A stretch of DNA of 64,000 bases from Selaginella moellendorffii (GCF_000143415.4 NW_003314313.1:266418-330417); one strand, 5' to 3'; numbered from the stretch's first letter, positions 1 to 13,067 are shown. A program made the numbers and translations. Notes: generated from the sequence alone by a model not told the origin.

Positions 1-355
1 TCAAGATGCATATCACCACATGGACTTAGAATTAAAATTCAAAACACCACACACCAAGGCCACCTCCTTCCTCAAAATCCTTATGCTTTTACAATCAACA
101 CTGTTTATAAAGACATTTTATATTAAACCTCTCTGTAAACCACCCAACATTTGCTGGGCAAGTACTCCTTCTCTAGATATTAGTGCTATGTTGAATTTCC
201 AAAACAAAGCAAGCCATAACATTTATAATGACTTTAATATTATAAATCGTAATGATAAACCTCAATAATAGAAACCTCTTTGTAAACCACATAAGGCTAT
301 AACCATAACCATAACTATAAGGCTATAAGGGTGTAACCATATCGATTGTCGTCAA

Positions 356-1123
356 CTAAGAAGTAGTATTGGAAGTAAGCGCGGAGATTGCTTGCGCAAA
401 CACCTTGAAACTTCGACTGCTCATACCTTGGGCTTGTGCTACAGCGATCTCACCCCCGACCACCTCGGCCCGCTCGCAAAACTGGGCCTTTCCACTCCTC
501 CGGTGGCACTCCATCAGCAGCTTCTTGGTGGTGTTCATCGCATACTCCCAGCAATTCTTGTCGTGATGGCTGTACTGCGGGTCATGATTCTCCAGAATCC
601 TCATGAGCTCGTGCAGTTCCAGCGGCGTATCCTCACAATCGAAATTCAGCAGCTTGGCATTGGTATACTCGCCTAGACTGCGAACGAGGGTGATATTGAT
701 CCCGCATTCTTCGCCAGGGCCACACTTCTCGGCAAGGAAGAATTGCTCCACGCCCCCGACGACCAGCACAATCACCAGGAAGTCGTGGTTGATGATCGAC
801 TTTGGATTGATGCAGTTAGTGGCGAGGGCGGCTGTTGCTTCGATGGCGCCCTGCAAGCCCTTGGTCAAGCTCCTGGTGAAGCCGTTTGTGAGGCCGGATT
901 GGCAGTAGACGATGGCACGGAGGAGCGAGGGGCTGGATCGCTCAAGAGCGACGAAATCAAGGAGATCCTTGGGCTTGAGATGGTTTCTGATTTCGCCTGG
1001 AATTATGGCTGACGAGGAGACCACTCCAAAGCTGTGGAGCAGCGTTTTGCTGCCATCGTACAAGCCCTGCGCAACATGAGTTGATGTAGAGCTCTTGGCC
1101 ACCGACTTGGAGATTTTCGACAT
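356..1123 (-). CDS. Intronless 255-aa protein, putative circularly permuted papain/NlpC-P60 (PPPDE/LRAT-like) thiol enzyme
   Basis: Uninterrupted ATG-to-stop ORF. A His starts a hydrophobic strand (NHDFLVIVL), followed by a FFLAEK strand and a downstream Y-x5-NC motif (QYSHHDKNCWEYA). This His-before-Cys order is typical of permuted papain-like folds. Confidence 0.5.
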   Translation of the reverse strand: MSKISKSVAKSSTSTHVAQGLYDGSKTLLHSFGVVSSSAIIPGEIRNHLKPKDLLDFVALERSSPSLLRAIVYCQSGLTNGFTRSLTKGLQGAIEATAALATNCINPKSIINHDFLVIVLVVGGVEQFFLAEKCGPGEECGINITLVRSLGEYTNAKLLNFDCEDTPLELHELMRILENHDPQYSHHDKNCWEYAMNTTKKLLMECHRRSGKAQFCERAEVVGGEIAVAQAQGMSSRSFKVFAQAISALTSNTTS

Positions 1124-1356
1124 TGTTGGAGATGGAGAAACAAAGCTCAGGAGCTCTCCTGGGAAGAAGAACGCGTTTTTCTAGGCGGCAGCCCACACTC
1201 CGGATGAGCTCACCGGCGGGTAGAGCCCAGGGAGTGGGGTCGGCGGGAGACTCGACGTGCTGACTCTCCTTCGGCGCTCCGTCGTTCCCCGCCCTCCGAC
1301 CGGCGGGTGCGGTCGACACCGTCTGTGGGGCTCGGCACCCCGAAAACCCACCACCG

Positions 1357-1805
1357 TCGTGCTATTGGCCACTGCTTCCAAGGGATTGGGAAGAAGAACG
1401 CGTTTCTAGGCGGCAAGCGCCAGGAAGCATCGTTTGATGCTAGAAGGTTCCTCTAGCTAAAACACATTGCTATTTGTCATGACCGCAAATATATAATTTC
1501 TCTTTCTCTAGCAAGTACACATGGATCCCCTCGTGCACAAGAGGCGCATCAGGAGCATGACTAGACCTGACTAGACTCTGGACTCGAGACTCTAGACTCT
1601 AGACCGCATACATGTCTAGAGTATGCTAAAGTTTCTTCGAGTTCTTTATGACTGCTGACTGTCTGTGAAGGTGATTGATGAGACCCTGAGACTGATTAAC
1701 ATTTCCCCGTTTGTCTTTCGGAGAGTTCTTAGCGACGTGCAGCTAAACGGTGAGTAAACTTCTAGAGAGCTTTTGAAAAGGATATATGCTTAACCAACGA
1801 ATTCA
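1357..1805 (+). repeat. Chimeric duplicated segment: copy of 10448-10606 fused to intron-containing pieces of the P450 gene
   Basis: 1357-1515 matches 10448-10606; 1512-1542 matches 14755-14785; 1551-1562 and 1609-1805 match 14498-14706, with low-complexity agactct filler at 1563-1608. Confidence 0.9.
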
Positions 1806-4800
1806 AGATGGCGTTTGCCCTTCAGATTTAAATTTTTGGTACCGTACATTCTTGGCGATTCTAAAAATATACTCTAAATGTGTAGCTTTTGTCGCTTTGA
1901 GGGATACTTTGCAGCTAAAATCCGTGCCAGTGGGCCTTCCACTACGACCTGGAACGCACGTTATCAAGTGAGAATTTCTTTTTCTTCTCTTCTGGAATGG
2001 AAAAATTCCCACCTTTTGCCAAGCTATATTGACGGCGAGACTCGCGAGAATGATCCACCATAGCTTGAAACGGAAATCAAAGCTCATGGCCGGCGAAGGC
2101 TGTCCACCATTTTTCTGGAAGAAAACACGAAGAGATATGATTTAGTTGTGGAAAGAATGAGAGTTTTTTACCTGGTAAGACGCCCAAACTGGAGAGGCGG
2201 GGTTTGCATGGTTGAATTGCTCGCTTGCAACGTGCCATACTTCCGTGAACTTGTTGTGAGGAAGAAGCAGTAGACAAGAGCACACAGCGATCAATGACCA
2301 GTACGAAACCTGCGTGGAAAAGACTTAAGTGCTTGAAACTACTTGACAGTAGAAGACTTACCATCAAAGAGAGGTTTTTGAATACGGTCTTTCGAAACTT
2401 GGAGCCAAACGAGAACACGAATGCGGACGTGATGAACTGGAAATACATTGTGAAGAACAACACTGTGGACTCCCAGTTGTCACCCAGCGTCCACCAGCTT
2501 GCACCATGAGAGTATCTGAAACAAACGAGATTTTGAGCACGAACTTTACAAAACCAATCACTCACTGTGCCGGCCATCTCACGTAATCCTTCTGGCTTGC
2601 CATGAAACAAATTGCAGCCACCAGGAACACAACGTTGCTTCCCCATAGCCCCAGCACCGATGCTACGTTTAAAGGTCCAAGAGGCCTCACCTGTCATTAC
2701 CACGGTTAAACATTTCAAGAACCTTGTTGAGTATTTTTTCAGCGTTGCACCGAGACATGGCATAACCAAGGCTGAGCACAGCTACGCCATCAATAAATAT
2801 GCAGTCCATTTGGCAGGCTATAATCCCAAACCTGGATTAAAAGCGCTAAGCGTCGGGAAGATCTCGAAAGTCCAAGCTTACCAATAACAACAAAGCTTGA
2901 ATATTGAGAACTGGAGGCCATAAATAATCAGAAACTTGTAGCATGCGAATGACGTATGGAGAGCACCTCGCGCTTCACGTAGTGAATCTACCACAGCGTG
3001 GACCTACAAAGAAACATCAACTTTGTGCGATTGTTTCAGAAAAAAGCTTGAACTGACCGATTTGTTTCGGGCAGTAAATGGAGACACCACCGATGCTTCT
3101 GCAGCACTTAAAGCGATGCCGGCGTGAGCGGCCCTTAGCGCTCCACAATCGTTTCCACCGTCACCACACATTCCCACGATTAGGCCATGGTTTCTATGCA
3201 TAGTTACCACTTTCTCCTGCAAGTCCCCAACCGCATGAGACTATTATCAAAGGGAACAAGATGAATCTTATCGGAAGGAGTGAATCTTGCGAAGATTCGT
3301 GTGTAAAGAAGTAAGTCGTCCATTCTCTTGGATTCTTGTAAGCGATTAAAAGCTTTACCCGTAACCGCAAGTTCCAAGGTCCCGTCCTCAAGTAAGCTCG
3401 CTCTACTTTGAAGTAGTTCTTCGGTGGTCATGCGGCTTATACCCGTTGTCACTTTACTACTCAGTGGAGACCATACCACGCTACAGAGACAAAGCTATCG
3501 TTAGAAAGATCTTTCATAAAGAATAAGACCAACCTGTTGTCGTTCGTTATATCAGCCAGTAGTATCTTACAGTCAGATGAGAACATACCAGATTGTTTAG
3601 CAATATAGTGGCCGCATTGAGCATTATCACCGGTAACCATCACGGGACGAACCTATAGACCAGGAGCATTTCGTTTTCCAGCGGAATCAATATAGACAAC
3701 GTACCTTTCCAGCTTTGAGAGAATGAATAGCTGCAGAGCTATCCGGCTTGAGCTCGTTCCTAAACAAGACCAGAGATATAAAATTCAGGTCCTTCTCCAA
3801 CTCATTCCTTGGTAGTGCTAACATGTCTTCAAATGCCAGTTCTCGGCCAAGGTATCTGCAAGGTTCAGGGAAGAAAACAGTATAAAAAGCCAGCTGCAAA
3901 ACATGGAAGACTGAGGAAACAGCGTGCACCTGTAGCTTAAACCAAGAACATAACAACCTTGCAGAGCTTGAAGCCGTGCTCTGTCCTCGTAGTCCGCTGG
4001 AAGGCTTTGAGCGTTGCTCAGCTCCTTAATCTTTTCGAAAGAACCCTGCCATGCTTGAACGGAAATATTAATGAGCAAATGCTAGACGCAAGAACCTTGC
4101 AGTAGATGTGAAAGTTTCCAGAGTTGTCCTCCACAACAACACTCATTGTTGCTCTCGATTGATCAAACTCGTTTCGTCTCACGATTCTAAAGGTCCGTGA
4201 TCCGGAACCATCTGAAACGACTGGGGGACTCTTTGCGGACTCTATCAAATTCCATCCCACAGCTGAGAACATTTTCACCTGTCACACAAAAGATCATCCA
4301 AGCTTTTCTGGCGAAAATTACAAATTTACCTCAACCTGGTTTCCAACCAAGTCCTTTCCGAACTTTGTAACAGCATGACATGTGGCAAGTCCATGCAAAA
4401 CAATATCATCAATTCTTTGACCACCTTCAAGTGATAAAACTGGTCCAAAGGAGTTAGTGACGACACTCTGAACTCCAACAAAATCGAGTCCCTCTTTTGT
4501 CAATGTCCCAGTTTTGTCAAAACAGAAAACTCGTATCTTCCCAGCGATAACCTATGCGCTTTGGATTGAGGCAAAACACCCCACGCTTCTGAAAGAACAA
4601 CATAAGGAACTGGAAACAGGAGGTAAGAAGGCGTGCCTTTAAACTCTCCAGAGCGTGAATTTGTCCAACTTCAAGAGCGACCGGCAATAGTGGCGACATT
4701 ATCTGATTTATGATGAACATACAGTAGATCCACTTTGTCACCCAAATACTCTGCTGTCCGTTCATGTTCTGGTCCACAATAGACGGAAATGATTTCATAT

Positions 4801-7186
4801 AGAGAAACATGAATATATACCTGAAACTTTATGGACACAACAAAGCATATGATAGCGTAGATAAAAAGAAGACAGGCAACGATTTGGAGCTCCTCATCGT
4901 ACTTGAAGATGAGCTTTTGAGGGTACAAAATCGTCGCAACCAGTTCGCCTTTGGAGGTTGACATACCTGGGTCACAGAAAAAACGCGTTCCTTAGTGAAA
5001 GAAAAAACCATGGCAGAAGGATATACCTGTCTCCGTGACAATTGCGAGAGCATCATCATGGCCCTGTCCTGCTTGAAGTAGAGTAGTCCCAGAGAACAAA
5101 GTATGCCGCGAGCCAAGGCCATCGGCCTTATACTGCACGTCGGTGTTGGGAGCAGCGTATTTTTGCACTGGCATGGGCTCACCAGTCAAAGCACTCTCGT
5201 CACAAACACAGGAGCCTGGTTCGAAGCTAGTTAAAAATCGAGAAACAGACGGTTTCAAACCTTTGATGATCAGTAGATCGCATGGAAGCACCCAGCCGCT
5301 TTTGAGCTTGATAACATCCCCGGGTACCAAGTTTCGCGAAGCAAGGTTTATCCATTGACCGCTTCTCAGAGTTTCAACTTGCGTATCATACTCAGTGATC
5401 TGAAAACACAAAAGGACGTTTTCCAACCATCCGAAACTGATTCACAACGCTTACCTTGGCTATCATGAACTGGCCTCGACGTCGATTGTAAATGGTTATC
5501 GCAGCGCTCAGTGCCACAATAAACATCATGAGCGGTGCAACGAATAAGTAGCTACTCCAGAACTGCAAAATGTAGGAAATAAGCTGATACACTTTAAAGA
5601 GCGTGAACGTTTCATCGAATATAGAATAGAAGAGGGACTCTGGTTTAAACGGGATTTCGTTTGGACACGCTCTTTAAAGTGTCCTAAACACTTTTAAGCT
5701 TCCCCTTCAGTAAGACCTTCGGCTTCCTACCGGAAACAATGGAAAAGAAAAATAATTTCGACGCACCGATACAGTACAATATAAGTAAAGTTTTAAAACC
5801 TTGAGGAAATCTGAGTATCTCTCCCCAACTTTGAAGTGCACGTCTGTCACAGTTTCGCCTTTGATCAAGAACCTGTGGCCTTGAAAGAAAAAATGCCGCT
5901 GCCCGGCCTTTGTAGTGAGTATTTTAACAATCTCGGAATGACCATGTAACTCTTCAAAAGTTGATAGGAAATTCTGCAAAATTGAACAATTTAGCATACG
6001 TGAATCACTCTATATTATAGAAGTTGTCAAGCTTACTCGAAAGTAACGGACGTAGTGCACGAGCGGCAAGTCGTTTCTCGACAAAATCTGCTCGCTTTCT
6101 CTGGTCCAGATAAAGACGACTCCGGCAGACTCGAGACCGCAAGGACTTCGAAACCAAAATCTTACTCGGCCCTTGAATATTACCCAAGCCGTAAACAAAA
6201 TGGCCGAGAGCCACCAGACCACGAAAAAGATCTGCAACAAGAGGGCAAAGTTGTGAGCGAGAACAAAAAAGTTTTGCGAACCTTTCCATTGAAGTCATAA
6301 CTCCCATCCACACCACCGACTTGACACTTGTTGTATGCATCTAAAAGTAAGAGCGAGTGGAGCAGGATCCAGTGAAGCGATGTCAGGCAGCAGAGACAGT
6401 AGCAAAACTCTCCAAAATAAGACCAAGTGTAGCCAGTGATTCGGAGCTCCTTCTCCTCTTCCACATTTACCACATGATCTTCGCCAGGTTTTCTATCAGA
6501 TGAGATAAAATTCTCGCCTTTCCCGTTCCGCTGGAGGACTAAAGGTTGCACCTGATTCCTTCGCAGCTTCAAGAACTTCCAGAGCTGAAATGCCGAGCCG
6601 CAGCTGGTAACGAAAGCCCATAACGCGTAGACAATCAAAGGGCCTGTCTGAGTGACGCTGGTGATGAGAACACTGCAGGATGGATCATCAACACAGCTCG
6701 TAGGACCTGTCGGATACTTTCCCATGAGGCGAGCGCTGAAAAAGCCACCTGTTCTTCCTCAGATCTTGGATTGGAGCAAGCAAACTTGGAGCAAAGACCA
6801 GCAGCCACTCCTGGAGCAAAACTAAATCTCACATTTAGAAAAGAGCCGGGAAGAACTGCAATGTAAACAAGCGAGCACAAAACTTTAAATGTTCCCCAAG
6901 CCGACTTTTCCACAAGAAAGGATGACTCAACAACGCTCTTTCATCCAGGTTTTTTGGTCCCCTCCACTCAAAAACTTTGCGACTTTATGTTCACGGCACA
7001 ATGCAGGTGCTATCAATCCACTGAAAGTGCAAGCTTCAATCATGCCGGGCAAGAGCTTACCTTGGAAGAAACCTTTCGACTCGCGCATTGATTGTGTGAG
7101 CCCTGGCCCGCTAGTTCTACTCCTAATGGCGCTCGCTCACTCGCAATCCATGGATTTCTTACCGGATCGCTGGCGCCGATGGATCA
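1803..7186 (-). pseudogene. P5-type cation-transporting ATPase, multi-exon, disrupted (5' end uncertain)
   Basis: Motifs DESALTGE, SPLLPVAL, FDKTGTLT, MVTGDN and [17 protein letters not shown] across short GT-AG introns. In-frame TAA at 5696-5694 after GLTEGEA, a frame break before PNEIPF, and an extra base near 4551 that shifts KRGVFCLNPKRI out of frame with IAGKIRVFCFDKTGT. Confidence 0.85.
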
Positions 7187-7323
7187 TCGTAGAAATTTCG
7201 ACGCGATACTAAAGAAAGGCGTGAGTAGAAAATGGCCGATTGCTCGGATTATAAATCCTACTAAAACCCCCGGCCACTATTGTCCATGATTTTTAAAATC
7301 CGATCGGACGGCGTAAAAGCTTC

Positions 7324-7940
7324 TTATCGGACGGTTACTACTTCTTGGGTTCTGAGACGTCGTTGTGGATGATTCAGCACGATTATCGGGGAGAAGATGA
7401 ACAGAATGACTAGCAGGAATGCGCCGTATCCCTCCATGTGGCTGATCCAGATCCTCGACAGCTGCAATCGATCCACGGTCTTGTGGTTCTGGAGATGGGG
7501 CAAGAGCTGGAGATCCGTGGGGTTGTTGCTGTTGAGCATGTCACTGGCCTGGAACAGGGCCCTGGATAGCAGCTTCTTGCTCGTGATTTGGTGCTGGAGC
7601 TCTGCGTAATCCTCCAATTTGAAAATGAGAGTGAGGATTGTGGCAAGCGAGGCGAGCATCTAGAGAACGAAAGGGATCCATATGCAACTTCGGGGCAAAT
7701 TTGTGGCCTTGGCCAAGGTGGTGAGAATCACACCTTGGAAGATGAAGTAGATGCCCAGGAGCTGATAGATCTTGTTCTTGGTGTTTTGGAGGCATTGCTC
7801 CTTGCGCTCGATTTGTTAGTTCACAACCTCTTTCTCCTTCTTCCACAGCTCCAAGTGCAGTTTAAGCGTGGGATTTGTAGTGATTTGCACATAAGGATCA
7901 GTGCCAAGGGTGAGATTTTGAGGAGGAGCGTTTAATTCAT
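7324..7940 (-). pseudogene. Small coiled-coil + transmembrane protein gene, copy 1 (premature stops)
   Basis: Paralog of the 8075-10472 gene (WKKEKEVVN*QIERKEQ...YQLLGIYFIFQGVILT...WIPFVL*MLASLAT), with two in-frame stops near 7816 and 7660. Confidence 0.75.
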
Positions 7941-8074
7941 TGTATGGAGCGACCGGGATAACGAAACTGAGCGATGAAACCCTCACAGACGAACTCGTCT
8001 TCTTTGACCCCAGGGAATATTCTTTGTGCGTTAAGGAATATGCTTCAGTGCTCAAGAACCCTAAAATCGGTCTT

Positions 8075-10472
8075 TCAAGTTTTGCTCGATGTGATTTGCC
8101 AGCAAGCAATTCCCATGATCGTGGAGAAGATGAGCAAGATCACTACTAGCAATGCACCGTAGGCCTTCATGTGATCTTCCCAGATCCTGGAGATAAGATT
8201 TTTGGGGTGATCTTGCGGCCTGTGCATAATGTGGGGCTGCCACTGGACATTGTGATCGAATGTGCTCCCCATGCTCTTGAGATCGTCACTGGCCTGGAAC
8301 AGCACCTTGAACATGAGCTTCTCGCCCTTGATCTGGCGCTCCAGCTCTGAGCAATCCCGCAGCTTATAGACGAGGGTGAGAATCGTGGCCATGGACGCCA
8401 GTGTTGAGAGCATAGTTGCAGCTAGACGTGCAAACGTTCCAACGTGTCGATGTTTAAACGCTGTTTAAAACGTTTTTTTCAGGACAATCCAACGTTTACA
8501 TGTTAAAGCCTAAAATGATTAAGAAAACACTAATATTTACTAAAGACACTTTAATCTGATATTAAGTTTATAAAACCTAACCGAATAACATACTGAAAGA
8601 AGAAGCCGTTTTAGTCGTCTTCCGATTCTGAATCATCTTCCATTCCTTCATCGATGCTAAACTCCTCAGTAGCCTAATTTGGTTCCTCAAAAGCTTCTTG
8701 TAGATTGAAGAACTTGAAGTAAAGGTCCAAGCAAAATTAACAAATTCTTGCACCACTCTTAGAACGAGTCATCGAGAACATGAGATCACAGCTTCAGGCC
8801 CTCTGGCTTCTTAGACCAGTCAAGTCGTCTCCATTCTTGGCTCACCACCATTCTTTGAAGCCCGGAGAGATTTGTGGTCTCCAGAAGCTGAGACATCACG
8901 AGAAAAATATAAGCAAACCTTGTGGTCACAAGCTTTATTAGGTCCCATTTGCAGAAAGTTCTATAAAGAGCTAGAACCCGTGGCTTTGAGGTGATGAAGG
9001 TAACTGTCTTCGCACAGCCATTGACAAAAGGCTGCACCCAAGATAGAGCTCCAATATCTTTGAACAGCAAGTCCATAACGTGGCAAATGCAGCAAACGTG
9101 TACAATCTGTGGAAACTCCTGCTGCAAAAGCTCCCCTATGACCACGTAGTTGCTTGCATTGTCCGTCACCACCTGCACAACGTTTTCTGCGCCAACCTCT
9201 GCTCTGGTTTTCTTCGTGTTCTTGCTGTCCACAGCCTTTAGGAAAATTGAGCCTCTCACAGAACTGACCATGAAGTTGATAAGAGACCACTTCTTGATAT
9301 TAGACTAGCCATCCGTGACAATGGTACAACCATATGTCCTCCAACTTAGCCGCACATTTTCAAGCCGCTTCTGAACGTTGTTGTAGATTTGCTATAACTC
9401 AGTTGTCCACAACTTCTCATATCCCATGAGGTTGTCAATCACTGGATGCCCCACTTTTGTGGCAACTTTCAGCATTCTCTTCAAGTTGTCTCTTTGGATT
9501 GTGTTGAAGGAGATGTTCTCGGCAAAGAAGAACTCTGCAACAGCATCATCCAGTGCCTCAGCTGAAGCAGTATAAAAAAATGTCACCAAATTTCTATCCG
9601 AGGATCTGTGTTTTGCTGCTCTGCTTGTCCCAGCACTGGACCCCATAGATTCTGCTGGCCCCCCTGAACCCTGTGTGGCTTGCTGCAGCAGATGCCCATC
9701 ATCGGCATCTACTAGCTCTGCTAGCTCGGAATCAAAATAACTGCTACAAGCTTTTTTAAGAACCTCATAAGGGATTTCCCTCATTGCCTTGCACGTTTTC
9801 ACACCTCTTGCCCGAACTCCAGCAAGATGTGCTCACACTCAGTCCGCTCCCCTAGTGTGAATCTCATGACAATACTTACATGTCCAGTGCCGCTCTGCTC
9901 ATATCACATGCTTCCAGCTCCAGCAGTCGCAGTGTCCTCCAATTCCTGTCATGACCAAAGAAACCCTAAAGAAACCCTAAAGAAACATTTGTTTCTTTTC
10001 GCAAATAGTGCAAACGCGTTGGGAGTTTAGAACGGCGTTTTTGAACGCGTTTAAAACGTTACGTTTTTTAAGTTTCACACGTTTTCCTGCAACTATTCGA
10101 GAGCACGAAGGGGATCCAGCGCCACTTCTCGGAGAGATCGTTCGCCTGGGCTAGGGCGGTGAGAATCACACCTTGGAACACGAAGTAGATCCCCAGGAGC
10201 TGATAGTTCTCGTTCTTGGCGCTCTGCAATCGCTGCTCCTTGCGCTCAATGCGTTGATTCACGACCTCCTCCTCCTTCTTCCAGAAATCCAGCCGCAGCC
10301 TCAGGGCCTTGTTGCCTGCGATCTGCTCGAATGGATCGACGCCGCCGCCTCCTAGCAGAGCTTCCTCATCGCGATCCTGGCAATTGCTGCTACTGCTGGC
10401 CATGGATTGATTGAGATGAGAGAGCGGGATTTCTTCGTGGTGATTCATCGTGCTATTGGCCACTGCTTCCAA
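8075..10472 (-). pseudogene. Small coiled-coil + transmembrane protein gene, copy 2, interrupted by a hAT element
   Basis: The 5' half (…WKKEEEVVNQRIERKEQRLQ…WIPFVLS) and 3' half (TLASMATILTLVYKL…QITSSKT*) rejoin in frame when 8412-10096 and one TSD are removed. Confidence 0.85.
8412..10096 (-). mobile_element. Defective hAT DNA transposon (DUF659-type transposase remnant)
   Basis: 10-bp TIRs ATAGTTGCAG/CTGCAACTAT; 8-bp TSD ttgagagc (8404-8411) / tcgagagc (10097-10104). Transposase motifs IVTDG, VVQVVTDNASNY, CICHVMDL and TRFA, with internal stops and C-terminal truncation. Confidence 0.9.
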
Positions 10473-10656
10473 GGGATTGGGAAGAAGAACGCGTTTCTAG
10501 GCGGCAAGCGCCAGGAAGCATCCTTTGATGCTAAAAGGTTCCTCTAGCTAAAACACATTGCTATTTGTCATGGCCGCAAATATATATTTTCTCTTTCTCT
10601 AGCAAGCCCTAGGTAGCGATCGCGATCGTGTCGCCATCGCGAAAATTTTCGCAAGG

Positions 10657-13067
10657 ATGATCATCGGAGCTGGATACGCTGCGCTCATCACTGGCGCTGT
10701 CTCTGGAATCGGTAAATTTCGTGTTGGATTTCGGCCGATCTTTTGTTCTTTGCGATGTCTAGGACGAGCGCTAGCGCTTGCGCTCGCTGAGAAGCGCTCG
10801 ATTTCGACTCTGGAAATGGCCTCGAGGCGCTCAATCTAGTGAAGGAAGTCCATTCCAGGCTCGGCATCTCGGGCACGGCGGCCATTTTTGTCCAGTGCGA
10901 TGTTACAAAACCTGGTATGCTCACAAACACACACACACACACACACTGCTTATTTTTATGTCATGCACTAATACTTCGCTGTTTTAGAGGAACTTTCTCT
11001 CGCGTTTGTTTTAGAGGAACTTTCTCTCGTGTTTGTGCTCGAGCTCATCCATGACTATAGAGTTTAAAGTCTCTTTTGCTGGGCTTTACAGGTCAAAGCA
11101 ATGCGAGCTCGGGGACAACCGGGAGTGATCATAAACCTTTCATCTGCGTCGGGATTATATCCGGCTCCCTTGATGCCAATCTACCCGGAAGTAAAGGTAA
11201 AAGCTCAGAAGGTGGTCTCATTTCATTTTGCTGTCGAAACACTCCATTTTTCTAGGTGGTGTTGTGTTGTTTACGAGATCGCTATCAAGACTTCGCAGAG
11301 AAAAAATACGAGTGAACGCGCTCTGTCCCGAGGTCAGTGCACAGTTTACAATTTTTTTTCGATTTTGACATACATGCCGGGTTTCCAGTTTATCGAGACT
11401 GCAATGACGAAGTCTCTGGATAGGAAAATAATAGACATAACCGGAGGTTATCTATCAATGGACAAGCTTATTCACGGTAAGGTGTATATTTAACTATTCA
11501 GAAGCAACGTCGTGTTTTTTTATTCCTCAGGGGCCTTTCAGCTCATTGAAGATGATAGCAAAGGAGGTGTTTGTCTTTGGATAACAAACAGGCGTGGTCC
11601 GGAGTATTGGCCTTCAGAAGAAGAGGAAAACAAGTTCCTGGTTCACGGTAGAAGAAAAAAAATCCCTCAAGAATCGAAAGAACTTCCGTCTCCAAATCTG
11701 CCTACGTCCTTTGATCAACTGTAAGTGATTGTTTATATTTTGATCCTGTTTCTACTATTGCTGTTTTCAGGATGGTTCATAAGCTGAGCAGCGATTTTCG
11801 TGTTGCCACGAAAATCGTCACGGTACCACTAAGACTTCCTGTGAGAGAAGGCCACGTACTGATAAAGAACTACTATGCTGGTGTGAATGCAAGTGATGTA
11901 AGTAGGCGTGCAACTCCTTTTTATCTTACATATCCTTATGTTTCAGGTGAACTATAGCTCTGGACGTTATTTTGCAAATGAGAAAGAAGCATTGTCGCGC
12001 CTTCCTTTTGTTGCTGGCTTTGAGGTAAAGTTTTATTAGATTTCTATGTAAGTTTTCCTTTTGTGCGCTTTGCAGTCCGTTGGAGTGGTTGCAAGCATTG
12101 GACCTGGCGTAGCTCTAGATGAGATTACGCTAGGATCTGCTGTTGCAACCTTTAGCTACGGGGGTTTTACAGAATACTCACAGGTTTAGCAAAAGAAAAG
12201 TGAAATTTTTGTTCTAACTAGATTTGCAGGTTCCTGCAAAGTCTGTCATTCCTGTTCCTTCCCCGACTCCTGAAGTTGTGGCTATACTTGTCTCTGGACT
12301 GACGGCTTCTCTTGGTTTGCAAGAGGTAGTGGTGCTAGCTCTGTAATCTATAACCCTTGCTCACTGGTCTTTATGCGGAAGACATAAAAACGGTATGTAA
12401 GAAGTGCTATGGAGTATCTAACAGATGAACAGGTTTTGAAGAAAGAATATCCACGTGGAGTAGACCTTGTCTACGAATCTGTTGGCGGGACGATGTTTGA
12501 CACATGCCTGAATGCTCTTGCAACTTTTGGACGTCTGATCGTCATAAGAATGATATCGCAGGTGTGTTAATGTTGTATTTTAGCCGCCATATGAAAACGC
12601 TTTCTTGCAGTATCAAGGAGAAGGTGGATGGCAACCGAGAAACTATCCTGGACTTTGCGAGAAGTTGCTGTGGAAATCGCAAACCATCGTAAGCAAGTGC
12701 TGCCATAATGCTGCTTTGCTAACAAGGTTATCCAGGTTGGATTCTACTTAATGCATCACAATAAGCTTTGGAAAGAACACGTTGCGAAACTTCATAGCCT
12801 ACACAGTCGGGGGAAGCTAAAGGTATCGTGCTTATCTGCTCTTTGAGCGAGAATACAACCTACTTCTCTGCAGATTGCAGTTGATCCAACACCCTTTACT
12901 GGCCTAAGCTCTGCATGTGATGCTGTGGAGTACCTTCATTCTGGAAAAAGTGTTGGCAAGGTATTGCGATTTGATTGAAATGATGCGCACTAATTTCATG
13001 ACTTTGTCTCCAGGTTATCATAAGAATTTCCATGGATGCTCCAGCGCTTCAAATCTCACGTTTGTGA
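10657..13067 (+). pseudogene. SDR + MDR (zinc-ADH-like quinone oxidoreductase) fusion gene with C-terminal PTS1 (SRL), disrupted
   Basis: ITGAVSGIG, VQCDVT, IINLSSASGLY, YAGVNASD, YESVGG, HSGKSVGK and terminal ISRL*. A frameshifting deletion follows ALAEK (~10795); the SDR NNAG segment and the MDR nucleotide-binding exons appear to be missing; a short tandem duplication lies at 10981-11035. Confidence 0.8.
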
